NCBI GenBank assembly: GCA_026991575.1
Contig: JALXBF010000116.1
Location: forward strand, 1 to 64,000
DNA length: 64,000 nucleotides
Direction of reading: 5' to 3'
Source of the DNA: Planctomycetota bacterium
Lineage (GTDB): Bacteria; Planctomycetota; Planctomycetia; JALXBF01
Positions 19,239 through 31,180 of the stretch are shown one piece after another. How positions within the stretch are numbered: the stretch's first letter is position 1; each line of letters starts with the position of its first letter. A program made the translations under genes and the position numbers. The notes beneath the pieces were generated by a model. It was not told the DNA's origin. It searched no databases and saw nothing but the letters and a program-made list of their open reading frames with translations.

Positions 19239-20429
19239 CTAGTTGGTACCCCCCACCACGGTTCCACGCACGGCGATCCGCGCCTCGGGTGCCGCCGGGT
19301 GGTTCGTTGACAGTACGACTACCCCGTTGAACTTCCCCGGTGGGGCAGCAGGCGGAACCTGAAGCACGACAAGGAAGCGGCGGGGATTCGACGTTGGTTC
19401 GATCCGGACCTTGATGAATTCCGGATCCACGGACCGTACCGACAGCTCCGGCTTCTCCACGTCGCGGATAATCACGTACAGCCGCTTGCGCGCCCCCTCG
19501 TCAACGAAGACATCGCCAAAATCGACCCGCGGCGACGTGACCGTGACCGGCCCGCGAATCTCCACAAACAGCTTCACGTCCTGCTTGTACTCCGCTGCCT
19601 TCCCCGAAGCGTCCGTCCGTTCCGGCAACCGGAGCGTCACAGTCAGCACGTCTCGGTAGGGCCCCACCGGTAACCCGCGGGGCACCGTCACGTAGACGCG
19701 GTACGCGCAGCGCAGCTGCGTTGGATCCGTGAACTCCTCTGCCGTCAGTGGATCGATCTGCTCCCAACGAAGCGTCACTTCGCCGTTGGCCGATTTGACG
19801 TCCGCGATCTCCATCTGTTTGAGCACTTCGGAGGCGATCACGAAGCTAAGCTCCGTGTCCGTCGTGGTCATCGCCTCCCCACGGAGCTCCTGCGTTGAGA
19901 ACAACACCAGCGGCGTCACAAACCCGGTGATCTGGAGTGTAATCCGCGGCTGTTCCGGATCGTTCGTGGCGATCGGGACGGTCTGACGGTACTGGCCCGT
20001 CTCCAGCTTGGTGTCCCAGTGCACGGTCGCCTTCACTACGCCGCCCGGTTTTACCTTGAAGACGAGTCCGGTGGGGAACTCCCCGTCGGGACCGACTTCC
20101 ATCACGAGGCGTTTCGGCTGTCCCTCAGGCACATCCTCGGACTCCAACACAAGCTTCTGGCACCCACAGCTCGGCTTCTTGGGATACAGCACCAGCACTC
20201 CTCGTCCCTCGTTGCGAATCGTGAACGTGTGCTGGCCGTGGGCAGCCTGTTCCATCGTGTCAAAGTCGTGCACCAGTTCGTCCACGACGACCTTCGGCGC
20301 CGGCCCATGCTGGACCGGTTTCACTGGCACCGGCACCGGCTGGCTCGCCAGCATCAGGTTCCACACGGTTGTCCCGCCCACGGCAATGACGATCGCCACG
20401 ATGAGCGGAAAAGCTATCCACTTCCACAT
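19239..20429 (-). CDS. DUF1573 Ig-like domain protein
   Basis: N-terminal TM; HDF..M...HTFTIRNEG..L....PSCGC; ATNDP and STNHP repeats. Confidence 0.85.
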   Translation of the reverse strand: MWKWIAFPLIVAIVIAVGGTTVWNLMLASQPVPVPVKPVQHGPAPKVVVDELVHDFDTMEQAAHGQHTFTIRNEGRGVLVLYPKKPSCGCQKLVLESEDVPEGQPKRLVMEVGPDGEFPTGLVFKVKPGGVVKATVHWDTKLETGQYRQTVPIATNDPEQPRITLQITGFVTPLVLFSTQELRGEAMTTTDTELSFVIASEVLKQMEIADVKSANGEVTLRWEQIDPLTAEEFTDPTQLRCAYRVYVTVPRGLPVGPYRDVLTVTLRLPERTDASGKAAEYKQDVKLFVEIRGPVTVTSPRVDFGDVFVDEGARKRLYVIIRDVEKPELSVRSVDPEFIKVRIEPTSNPRRFLVVLQVPPAAPPGKFNGVVVLSTNHPAAPEARIAVRGTVVGGTN

Positions 20430-20502
20430 GGTCTGGCGTCTCCAAGCCTGGGTGTGTCTGAACCCCCATCCGGAACCGGATTACAGACGGGATCCCCGCG
20501 TT

Positions 20503-22701
20503 CTAATCATCATTTCCTACGCGGGCCCACCGCTTCAAGTTTTCGACCTCGGCGTCGGCCAGCTTACGATCCGGGTGAGGACACTGCCGGTTGCGCTCCA
20601 GTAGCTGGCGGGCCAGTTGGGCTGCCTCCCGGTCCCTGCCCGCCTCAACCAGCAACTTCACCTCCAGGTACGCGATGCCCAGATCGCCCGGATATCGCTC
20701 CCGGGCACGGCGGATCCAACGGATCGCCTCTGCCCAGGCCTTGCCGCCAACGCGTCTCGCTCGGGCCGCCCAGACCAGCGCCGCGTCGCGGCAGGGCCAC
20801 GGGCTCGCCGGGTCTGCCTTCTGGTACGCCAGGGTTGCATACAGCAACCAGTGCCACCGGGTCTGATTCCCAGTGTCTGCTGCCCTCAGTGCCTGGGCCA
20901 CCATCATCTGCGACTGCAACGCCCACGCCTCCGCATGCCATGGCGCCAGCTCCGTCGCCTGCCGTAACTTGGCGATCGCCGTGAGCGGATCGCCACGCGC
21001 CAGTGCCTGACGCGCCTCGGCTACCAGGGCCCGGCTGGTCAGGTGCGGCAGCACAAAGCCTCTGGCTGCGGCCACGAAGCACGCAGTCACGACGGCCAGG
21101 AAAACCAGTGGCCCAAGCCCCCCCGGCAGCAGAACACGGTCATGGTCCGGCAGCGCGCACGCCAGCGTAGCCCACAAGGCGATCGCGACACCGGGAAACT
21201 GGATGCCGCCGGCAAACAGCAGCTGAACCAGCAGTGCGGCCACCGCCAGTCCAAGCAGGGCGGGACGGCGCCACCGCGCTTCGGCCCCGGACCAGGTCGC
21301 CACCAGCACGGCTCCCCCCAGCGCCACGCCAGCCATCACGGCACCGTCTGCCCCCCCGGCCCACCATGCCAGGGCCGCAGCGGCCGGAAGGACCGCAATC
21401 GCCCAACGTGGCGGCGCGGGTTCGTCGGGGTGTCGACGTACATCCGCCCGCGATCCTGAGCCGCGCACCACGGCCACGGCCGCTACAGCCAACGTGATCA
21501 GAAACAGCAGGAGCCCCGGGACACCGAACGATGCGGCCAGCTCCAGCAAGAAGTTGTGCGGGTCGGTGACTTCCTCGCTTGCGTCAGGGAGCTTATACCG
21601 CAAGTAGTGGCTCCGGAAGTTACCCGGGCCGACGCCGAAGAGGGGATGATCACGGATCATCTGCAGCGTTGCCTGCCAGTATTCGGTCCGGTACGCCAGC
21701 GACTGCCACGCGCCGGTGAACAGCTTCTCATCGAACTTGCCTCTCCAGTAACCCACCACTGCCACGGCTGCCAACGCAGTCCCGACGAGAACCGCGTAGC
21801 TGAGCAGCTGGGCACGGGACAGCCGCCGAGTTGCCCGAACCAGGAGCGGCAGCACCGCGAGCAAGTATGCCAGATACGCACTGCGGCTCTGCGTCAGCAC
21901 CACCCCGACCAGCACCACGACCGCCATGGCCAGCCGCAAGACTCTGCGCCACCGGTCTGCTCGGTGCAGGCAATCGGACGACACCGGCCCATCGATTCCC
22001 AGCGCCCAAGCCGTTAGAAGCACCGCCCATGGCAGCAGGAACCCGGCCAAGGAGTTGGCCAGCGCGAAGGTGCCAAAGGCCTCATGCGAGTTGAGTCGGT
22101 TCAGGAACGTCTGCTCGGCGCGGCTGCCTGGCGTGATGCCGAGCTCGACCAGGAGCCGCATGCGATCCTCGGCAAACTCGCGCCGCAGCGCCTCCAGTCC
22201 CCAGAAGGCCTGGTAGATCGCGTACAGGGCGAGCAGTGTGGCGAGAACGACGAAGAGCTGGATTACGACTCGTCGCCCGGCCAGCGGTATGACGATGGAG
22301 CGGAGCGACCAGAACAGAACTGCCAGGCCAAACCATTCAAGGGCCAGCGTTAGAGCTGGTCCCCGTGCGGGCGCGCGGAAGGCACACAGAAAGACCCACG
22401 CCAACAGCGCAGCCAACGGCAGGTCCACGGGCGAGTAGTTCCAGCGCAGTGCCTGACCGTCGACGACGGCAGCCACTGCCCATGCGGCCAGCGGGAAAAA
22501 GCACAGCAGGACGAAGAGCAGCCCGCTGCCTGCCGCCGCATCCTCGGATGGAACGAGCGGTCGAGTAGCTGCCAGGACCAGCACAACGGCAGCAGCTGCG
22601 TGCCGCAACCGCTCGCCGCGAGGGTTCTGCCGGAGGCCACTCGGGTCAGTTTCGCGCGGCGCTTTCTGCCGGCGCCGCCTCTTGCGCAGCTTCGTGGCCA
22701 T
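20503..22701 (-). CDS. O-antigen ligase (Wzy_C) family membrane protein with C-terminal TPR
   Basis: Multiple TMs; GTFALANSLAGFL, LTQSRSA, R..YW...MIRDHPLFGVGPGNF, DPHNFLLE. Confidence 0.9.
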   Translation of the reverse strand: MATKLRKRRRRQKAPRETDPSGLRQNPRGERLRHAAAAVVLVLAATRPLVPSEDAAAGSGLLFVLLCFFPLAAWAVAAVVDGQALRWNYSPVDLPLAALLAWVFLCAFRAPARGPALTLALEWFGLAVLFWSLRSIVIPLAGRRVVIQLFVVLATLLALYAIYQAFWGLEALRREFAEDRMRLLVELGITPGSRAEQTFLNRLNSHEAFGTFALANSLAGFLLPWAVLLTAWALGIDGPVSSDCLHRADRWRRVLRLAMAVVVLVGVVLTQSRSAYLAYLLAVLPLLVRATRRLSRAQLLSYAVLVGTALAAVAVVGYWRGKFDEKLFTGAWQSLAYRTEYWQATLQMIRDHPLFGVGPGNFRSHYLRYKLPDASEEVTDPHNFLLELAASFGVPGLLLFLITLAVAAVAVVRGSGSRADVRRHPDEPAPPRWAIAVLPAAAALAWWAGGADGAVMAGVALGGAVLVATWSGAEARWRRPALLGLAVAALLVQLLFAGGIQFPGVAIALWATLACALPDHDRVLLPGGLGPLVFLAVVTACFVAAARGFVLPHLTSRALVAEARQALARGDPLTAIAKLRQATELAPWHAEAWALQSQMMVAQALRAADTGNQTRWHWLLYATLAYQKADPASPWPCRDAALVWAARARRVGGKAWAEAIRWIRRARERYPGDLGIAYLEVKLLVEAGRDREAAQLARQLLERNRQCPHPDRKLADAEVENLKRWARVGNDD

Positions 22702-23824
22702 TGCGACTGTTCTGTCTCAGGCTACGGATTCCCGTGGTCTCCAGCACAGCAACCAGACCCAGCACGGCAGCAAGTTGCAGCAGGACGACCGGTGCCCAGC
22801 GGGGGGGCAGGAAGTAGAGAACGATGGCACTCAGGGAAGTCGCTGTCGTGGCCAGGTAGATGGTCAGGACCGCCCGCTCTGGACTCAGACCCAGTTGCAC
22901 CAGCCGGTGCGAAAAATGGCTCTTGTCCGGCTTGAACGGACTGCGTCCTTCGATCAGCCGGATCGTGACCACGCTCACCGAATCGTAGATCGGCACGGCC
23001 ATGATGCACAGTGGGGCAAAGATCGTGACGCTCGGGTAATCCGGCGTAGTGAACGTGCCGGCAACGGTGACCACACCCAAGAGGAAGCCGACGTAGTTTG
23101 AGCCGGCATCACCGAGGAAGATTGTGGCCGGCGGCCAGTTGAACACGAGAAACCCCATCAGCGCCCCGCAGAGCACAAGCGCGAAGCCGCCGATGAACAG
23201 ATCGCCGATCATCGTCGCAACCAACGCCACGAACACGCAGCAGATCGCGGCCGTGCCACTGGAGAGGGCATCCATGTTATCCAGGAAGTTGAACGCGTTC
23301 GTCAGCCCGACCACCCAGAGAACCGTTACCACGTAGGTCAGTGGCGGAGAATCGAACGGAGGAAACAGAGTAACCCGAATTCCGAGCGCGGCGAGACCAA
23401 GCACAAGCAGGATTTCAACGCATAGTCGCAACAGGTAGCTGAGGCCGCGCCAATCGTCGATCAACCCGAGTATCATCTGCATCGTGCTGGCCGCCAGCAC
23501 GGCGGCTACGAGTGGTCCCCGTGACAGGAACCCGGGCACATGCACCTGCAGCCCCGCGGGCAGCACGGCGGCGGGCAGGTAGCCGGAGGCGATGAGCCAG
23601 GCAAGCGCATAAGCGACGCCGACGACGGCCGTGACGGCAAACCACACGGCCAGGCCGCCACCCAGCGGTGTGGGGCGTGCGTGCACCTTTCGCGGTCCCG
23701 GATAGTCCACCAGCCCCAGGCGTGGTGCCCATCGTCGCACCAGCGCCGTGCCCACCACGCCGACGGCGAATGCCGACGCCCAGGCGAGCAATGCGGCCAG
23801 GATCGTGCTGGTAGGCAAGTCCAT
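22646..23824 (-). CDS. MraY/WecA family undecaprenyl-phosphate GlcNAc-1-phosphate transferase
   Basis: RKVHARPTPLGGGLAV, GLIDD, NAFNFLDNMDAL, FNWPPATIFLGDAGS, PDKSHFSHRL. Confidence 0.92.
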   Translation of the reverse strand: MDLPTSTILAALLAWASAFAVGVVGTALVRRWAPRLGLVDYPGPRKVHARPTPLGGGLAVWFAVTAVVGVAYALAWLIASGYLPAAVLPAGLQVHVPGFLSRGPLVAAVLAASTMQMILGLIDDWRGLSYLLRLCVEILLVLGLAALGIRVTLFPPFDSPPLTYVVTVLWVVGLTNAFNFLDNMDALSSGTAAICCVFVALVATMIGDLFIGGFALVLCGALMGFLVFNWPPATIFLGDAGSNYVGFLLGVVTVAGTFTTPDYPSVTIFAPLCIMAVPIYDSVSVVTIRLIEGRSPFKPDKSHFSHRLVQLGLSPERAVLTIYLATTATSLSAIVLYFLPPRWAPVVLLQLAAVLGLVAVLETTGIRSLRQNSRNGHEAAQEAAPAESAARN

Positions 23825-24067
23825 GTGAATCAGGCGATGCGTCGGTCCACGTGATGACCTACAGGCCCTTCTGGGCTGCCGCACGGATCGGTACTTGAGC
23901 GTCCCGCCCAGTCTTCCTACGGAACAACAGCCCTTCAGGTCTACCAATTCGACGCCTCGGCCGGCACCGCATATGCTGCTCGTTACGGCTGTTACCCCGT
24001 CATTCAGCACGTGGGCCCCCGGGGTGCGGTCAGCAAGTAGTGCGTGCAGGCCACGACCGGCTTGGTT

Positions 24068-24682
24068 TCACGGCTGGGTTGGGTTCGTGATGATCGGTTC
24101 GGAGCGAACCGACAGCTCCCCCGCCCGCCACCGTCGCCGCAGTGCCAGGTAGAGCGTTCGGAAGCGGGAAAACATGGCAAGGTAGTCGCTGCGTCGGTAG
24201 TTCGCATAGGTCCACGGCCACGGCTGCCAGCGACCGTGGGCAAAGTAGAGCATCGGGTCGGCGAAGATCCCCTGCCCCAGGTAGACCCTCTGTGCCTGAT
24301 CCTTGGTGGTTGCCATGATCCACTTGCCATGGTGCAGGTAGCCGGGGTCGATGTTAATCGGCCGCCGATAGGGCTCACCAGGCAGCGCCCCCCGCGCCGC
24401 TTCTCGCGCATACAGCGCCTCAAGCCGGTTCGTGAACCGTTTGATTGGGGCCAGCCACTCGGGCCGGATCAGCTCCTGGAACGCGTAGAAGCGGAACATC
24501 AGGTTTGGGCCCATAGCCGGCTCGTAGTACCGGGTCTCCGTGAACGGAAACGGTCCCCCCTTCTCTGCTACTGGACCGAACGCACGGACCAGTTGGTGTT
24601 CGATCCAGCCGAAAGCCGGCTCGAATCCGGTGAACGCCGCAATGACGAGCAACACCGGTTCATGCTCAACCGGCTCTCCCAT
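24068..24682 (-). CDS. DUF4416 family protein
   Basis: FTETRYYEPAMG, RPINIDPGY, ATTK...RVYLGQGIF, PWPWTYANY. Confidence 0.85.
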   Translation of the reverse strand: MGEPVEHEPVLLVIAAFTGFEPAFGWIEHQLVRAFGPVAEKGGPFPFTETRYYEPAMGPNLMFRFYAFQELIRPEWLAPIKRFTNRLEALYAREAARGALPGEPYRRPINIDPGYLHHGKWIMATTKDQAQRVYLGQGIFADPMLYFAHGRWQPWPWTYANYRRSDYLAMFSRFRTLYLALRRRWRAGELSVRSEPIITNPTQP

Positions 24683-25490
24683 CACCTCTCCTCCGCGAGC
24701 GACGTGGCACTCGCTGGAACTGCGCGATGAGTTCTTCGGGCCGGTGGGCTCGCATGAGGCTTTCGCCCACGAGCACCGCATCCGCCCCCGCTCTGGCCAC
24801 CCGCTCCACGTCGGCAACGGACCAGATACCGCTCTCGCTCACGAGCACACAGCTTTCCGGCACGGAGCGTGCGATCTCCTCGGTATGGCTGAGATCGACG
24901 CGGAAGGTCCTCAGGTCCCGGTTGTTGATGCCCACGATCCTGGGTCGGCAGTCCAGGACCCAGGGCAGGTTCGCGAGGTCGTAGAGCTCCACCAGCGGCT
25001 CCATGCCGAGCTCACGGGCCAAAGCCAGCAGCTCATCAAGGAGCGTGCTCTGGTTGAGGACTTCAGCGATCAGCAGCACGCTGTCGGCTCCGGCAGCGCG
25101 GGCTTCGTAGAGCTGGTACGGGTCGAAAAGGAAGTCCTTTCTCAGCAGAGGCAAGTCAACAGCATCCCGCACAGAGCGGAGGTCATGCAGGGAACCTCCG
25201 AAGCGGCTCTCTTCGGTGAGCACGCTGATGGCCGCTGCGCCCCCGTGGGCATAGCGGCTTGCTTGCCGTGCGGCATCGCATGCGGTTCGGATCGCACCCG
25301 AGCTGGGCGAGCTCCGTTTGATCTCGGCAATGACCCGGATGCGGTCGCTGGCGGCGAGGGCCTGGTGGAAGTCTTTTGCCGGTGGCGCATCGCGGCAGCG
25401 AGCCTTCAGCTCGCTTAGCGGAACGGCGGCCGAGGCTTCCGCCAGGCGTTGGCGCTTTGTGGCCACGAGCTCCTCTAAGATGGTTTGCAC
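24666..25490 (-). CDS. trpC: Indole-3-glycerol phosphate synthase
   Basis: VIAEIKRSSPSSG, AISVLTE, LLRKDF, GINNRDL, VSESGI, LVGESLM; GTG start approximate. Confidence 0.95.
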   Translation of the reverse strand: MQTILEELVATKRQRLAEASAAVPLSELKARCRDAPPAKDFHQALAASDRIRVIAEIKRSSPSSGAIRTACDAARQASRYAHGGAAAISVLTEESRFGGSLHDLRSVRDAVDLPLLRKDFLFDPYQLYEARAAGADSVLLIAEVLNQSTLLDELLALARELGMEPLVELYDLANLPWVLDCRPRIVGINNRDLRTFRVDLSHTEEIARSVPESCVLVSESGIWSVADVERVARAGADAVLVGESLMRAHRPEELIAQFQRVPRRSRRRGDGRAG

Positions 25491-25556
25491 GGCGCTGTCC
25501 GGTGCATGGGTTAGCTCTTCCAGCGAATCGTATCCGGTTACCGGAGCAGACCAACC

Positions 25557-25961
25557 ATGGTTGAGCTCAAGCTTTCCACTCGGAAGCGTACTGAGTTTAT
25601 CGACATCACCCGTCAGGTGCAGCAGGCGGTGACGGAAAGCGGCGTTCAGAGCGGCATATGCGTCGTGTACGTGCCTCATACGACGGCCGCGTGCACGATT
25701 AACGAGCATGCCGATCCGGACGTTGCGCGGGACATCATCGGGAAGCTTGCGGAGCTGGCGCCGGAGGAAGCCAACTATCGACACATCGAAGGCAACGCCG
25801 ACGCACACATCAAGGCGGCGTTATGTGGCACGAGCGAGATGGTGATCATCGAGGACGGCAAGCTGCAGCTGGGCACCTGGCAGGGCATTTTCTTCTGTGA
25901 GTTCGATGGTCCCCGTTCGCGTAGGGTTTGGGTGAAGATTGTGCCGGGAAGAGGGGGCTGA
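25557..25961 (+). CDS. yjbQ: YjbQ/UPF0047 family protein
   Basis: [41 protein letters not shown]. Confidence 0.93.
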   Translation: MVELKLSTRKRTEFIDITRQVQQAVTESGVQSGICVVYVPHTTAACTINEHADPDVARDIIGKLAELAPEEANYRHIEGNADAHIKAALCGTSEMVIIEDGKLQLGTWQGIFFCEFDGPRSRRVWVKIVPGRGG

Positions 25962-26162
25962 GTCGCGTCGGCCGCGATTGCGCTGGAGCGCGTTGTCATG
26001 CCGTGGTAAGATGATCTGGAGCGCCGTGGGCCGCACAAGGGGTCGGTCAAGCGGCGTGGGGAAAGAGCTGCGCACGGCATCAAGACGGGGCGGCTGAGTT
26101 GCTGGTGACTGCGTCCTGTCCGCGTGCCGCCGCGCAGCATCGGAGTTGAGCTGGAGGGGGAC

Positions 26163-28063
<1,901 letters not shown>

Positions 28064-28067
<4 letters not shown>

Positions 28068-29311
28068 GGAAGTGGGCCCTGATGGTCGTGTCGGCAGCAG
28101 CCGTCACGGTCGCCTCCTATCTGACAGGCCTTGCCCAGGACCGCGCCCAGCAGCCGTCAGCGGCGACCGGGAACGAGACTACTGGCCAACCGGCGCAGGC
28201 CCCGGCGGAGGAAACGGAGGATGAGCTAGTCATTGACGAAGCGGAGCTGGAAGCGCTCACGCCGGATCGGCCCGAGCAGTATGCCCTGGTGGCTAGCAAG
28301 TATCTTCGAGTAGCCCGGCCTGAAGCCGTCGAACTCTGCCTGCACCTGATGCGCATCGCGGCGACCCGTTGCCAGGGGGAGCTGAAGCAGCAGGCCCTCG
28401 TGTATATCGCCCTGATCGACCCCCATCCGAAGCGCGCGGCCGCGGCACGAGCCTGGCTCGCACGGATCGCCGACGAGGAGCTGCTCAAACAGATCGCCGA
28501 GCAGTTGCAGCAGAGCGGTCCGCCGCAGACGGTAGCCCAGCCGGACTACATTGAGGAGCTGCGTGAAGCTCTTCGCGCGGCCGTAGACCAGCAAAGCATG
28601 GCACCGCTGCTTGGGTACCGCGAGCGATCGCCTGAACATGCTGCCGTGCTTGCCCGGCTGTTCCAGCTGGCACCTGTCGTCGAGGAGGGCCTCCGCCAGT
28701 GGCAGCGTGCAGAGGGGGCACGAAGCGGCGCGCAGCTTGCTAAGGCGGGTACAAAGACTGCGGGCCGGAGGTGCCGGACGTGCAAGGGAACAGGCAGGGA
28801 GGAGTGCCCACGTAAGAACTGCAGGCGGGGCACAATCTTCTGCCCCCGGTGCCACGGCAGGGGCGCGATCACCACCATAGTGCAGGACTCTGTGGTCGTC
28901 ACCGACCCCGGACGCAACGTTCGTGTTGCCGTTCCCCGCAGCCGTAGAGTGCGCGTCACCTGCCCTCGCTGCGGCGGCAGAGCTCGCTGGGCCTGCACCG
29001 AGTGCCGTGGAAGGGGGTACGTGGGACCATGCAAGCGGTGCGGTGGAACCGGCCGGATCGGCGCCAAGAACGCTGGCTTCCCTGGCTTTCCGTCACAACC
29101 GCCTTCGACTGCAGGGAAGCTGGACGTGGTCCTGCGCACCGAACTGGGCAACCTGGCGCAGTTCAAGCTTGATCGTCAGAAGCATCCGCTGTTCGTCGAC
29201 GCCTTGCTCGGCGCCGCCGAGCCGCTTCCCTGCTCGCCGCAGGCATACGAGGAAGTGCTCGCCGAACCACGTGTCTATCGTCGCGGTGGCCAGTGGGTTG
29301 AGAAACCGTGA
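28064..29311 (+). CDS. Exported protein with extended DnaJ-like CxxCxGxG zinc-finger region (cassette copy 1)
   Basis: ATGA overlap with kinase stop; signal peptide MRKWALMVV...GLA-Q; six Cys-pair motifs; clear paralogue at 33139. Confidence 0.85.
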
Positions 29312-29324
29312 CGTTCGGTTGCCT

Positions 29325-30917
29325 GTGGTTACGAATGTAAGCCCACAGTTGGTCTTGACGGACGAGCAGGCCGGGAGCAAGTGGGAGCTGTCGCCTCCCG
29401 TTGCCTGGCTCGGCGTTTGCGCCAGCGATGGTAGACCGAGGGCTGCCTCGGACCCAGCAGTGCTCAGCACAGTCTTTGCCCAGATCTGGTTCGACAAGCG
29501 CTCCGGCTGGCATCTCTCCCCACTGGGAGACGTTCTGCTCAACGGCCACGCCGTGCGCAGCGCGGTACCGCTTTGCTTAGGCGACCGGCTGCTCGTGCAC
29601 GGGCACACGCTACGTGTGTCTGTACCCGGGCCCGGGGGGTCCTCAGGCACGTTGGTGCCGACCACCCATGCCGCGGCTCTGTCACTACTGCGGTCGAGGT
29701 GGCGCCAATTGCTGCTTGTCTGGGCCCTGTTTGCTGGCGGGGTCTTGTTGGGAGTGATCTTGACGGCCTTGCTCGTCACCCGTTTCTCCGCCCACGCAAC
29801 GCTGGTTCACGCACCGCACTCCGGTCAGCCCGGCACCGGAAAGCAGCGTGCTGAGCTGCGACAACCAGCAAAGCAGCCGCAGAACCACGCCGGCGGCGGG
29901 AAGCGGGACGAGCAAAGAGGGGACGAGGCGGCCGGAGGTAAGCAGGGCCGCAACGGCAAGGAACACGGAAAGGTTCAAGAAGAGCCCAGCCACGAGGCTC
30001 AGTCCGGGACTGAGCCCGGCGACCAGCCGGACCGAGAGCGCACGGGGCGGGAGGCCCCAGCGGACGGGCCAAGCGATCCTGCGCCCGCGGACCAAGTCGA
30101 AGGGGGGCAAGCAGGACAGAACGAACCACAGGCCAATCGGCCGCCTCGCCAAGGCAGGCATGACGCTGAGCAGGAAGCCGATGAGCCCGAGGAGAGCGAC
30201 GATAACGTGTTGCCCTTTGAGCCGTTGCGACCGGCGCCCGAGTTGCCCCAGTGGCTGCGGCGTAGTGAGCTACCAGTCTGCTTGCTCCGAGTCCCCGGCG
30301 CAGGTCAAGACGCCGTTAGTCTGCTCTGGCCGGTGGGGCCCCACTCGCTGCTTGTCTCCAGCACAACCGCGAGGCGGATGCTGGAGTTGCTCGAGGACCC
30401 GCGGTATGGTGCCGAGTTCCGTGTCGTGTCAAACACCAAGGTAGTCGGCCTTGGCCTATTGTTGGAAAAGCCCACCTTTCGAGCTACCGCCGACTGGATA
30501 TCCCTCGGAGTCATCCGCACGCAGAGACCGCACCGGTTTAGGGTCCCCCTTTGTCCTCCTAGGCAGTTTCCTCGGCCTGGCGAACCAGTGCGTGTCGTCT
30601 TGCCGTTGGAGTGGCCCAATTCACCACCGGCCCAGCATCTGCGGATGCGGATTGGGTGCACTCAGGGCCGGGTGCTGGCGGTCCGCCGCGGCGGTTTGCC
30701 ACGGTGGGTGCTCTTTGTCGAGCTACCCGACGAGGGCACCGCCCGATACATCCGCAACGCGCTGATCGCGTCTCCGGCGGTGATCGACAGCGAGGGCCGG
30801 CTCGTTGGACTCTGTTCGGAGTTGCCCCATAGGCTGGAAGTCACTGCGGAAATCGGTGCGCGCAGGTTGCGTCGTGTCGTGGGCGCGCTGTTCTGGTACC
30901 GGGTGTTCGCACCATAG
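29325..30917 (+). CDS. Degenerate FHA-like domain + TM + degenerate trypsin-like domain protein (cassette copy 1)
   Basis: GWHL...LLNG...PLCLGDRL FHA-like strands, TM, low-complexity linker, C-terminal domain paralogous to the 34362 gene; start uncertain (TTG 29319 or GTG 29325). Confidence 0.75.
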   Translation: MVTNVSPQLVLTDEQAGSKWELSPPVAWLGVCASDGRPRAASDPAVLSTVFAQIWFDKRSGWHLSPLGDVLLNGHAVRSAVPLCLGDRLLVHGHTLRVSVPGPGGSSGTLVPTTHAAALSLLRSRWRQLLLVWALFAGGVLLGVILTALLVTRFSAHATLVHAPHSGQPGTGKQRAELRQPAKQPQNHAGGGKRDEQRGDEAAGGKQGRNGKEHGKVQEEPSHEAQSGTEPGDQPDRERTGREAPADGPSDPAPADQVEGGQAGQNEPQANRPPRQGRHDAEQEADEPEESDDNVLPFEPLRPAPELPQWLRRSELPVCLLRVPGAGQDAVSLLWPVGPHSLLVSSTTARRMLELLEDPRYGAEFRVVSNTKVVGLGLLLEKPTFRATADWISLGVIRTQRPHRFRVPLCPPRQFPRPGEPVRVVLPLEWPNSPPAQHLRMRIGCTQGRVLAVRRGGLPRWVLFVELPDEGTARYIRNALIASPAVIDSEGRLVGLCSELPHRLEVTAEIGARRLRRVVGALFWYRVFAP

Positions 30918-31180
30918 AGCGGCTTCAGGGGACAAGAACCGCTCGAGCCTGCGGGGGGCGGAAAACACCACCGTTAAGCTTGTACAGAGGCGACGCCCTC
31001 GGCTACACTAACATCAACGGCAGCTGGTCCCAAGGGACCGGCTAGGTGGTTCAGGTGCGCAGCGGCGGTGCGTGGGGAGCCAGGACGGTCGCATGACCGT
31101 CGCTGGTCGGCCCGCGGCTGAGCAGAGCCGTCTAGAATGTCTGTTCTTGAATTGCGGCATGGGTCCCGAAGGGGGAGACG

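Noticed and set aside
28923..29324. N-terminal extension of the 664-aa ORF
   Set aside because: Overlaps the Zn-finger gene by about 390 bp; the paralogue starts directly at the FHA domain.
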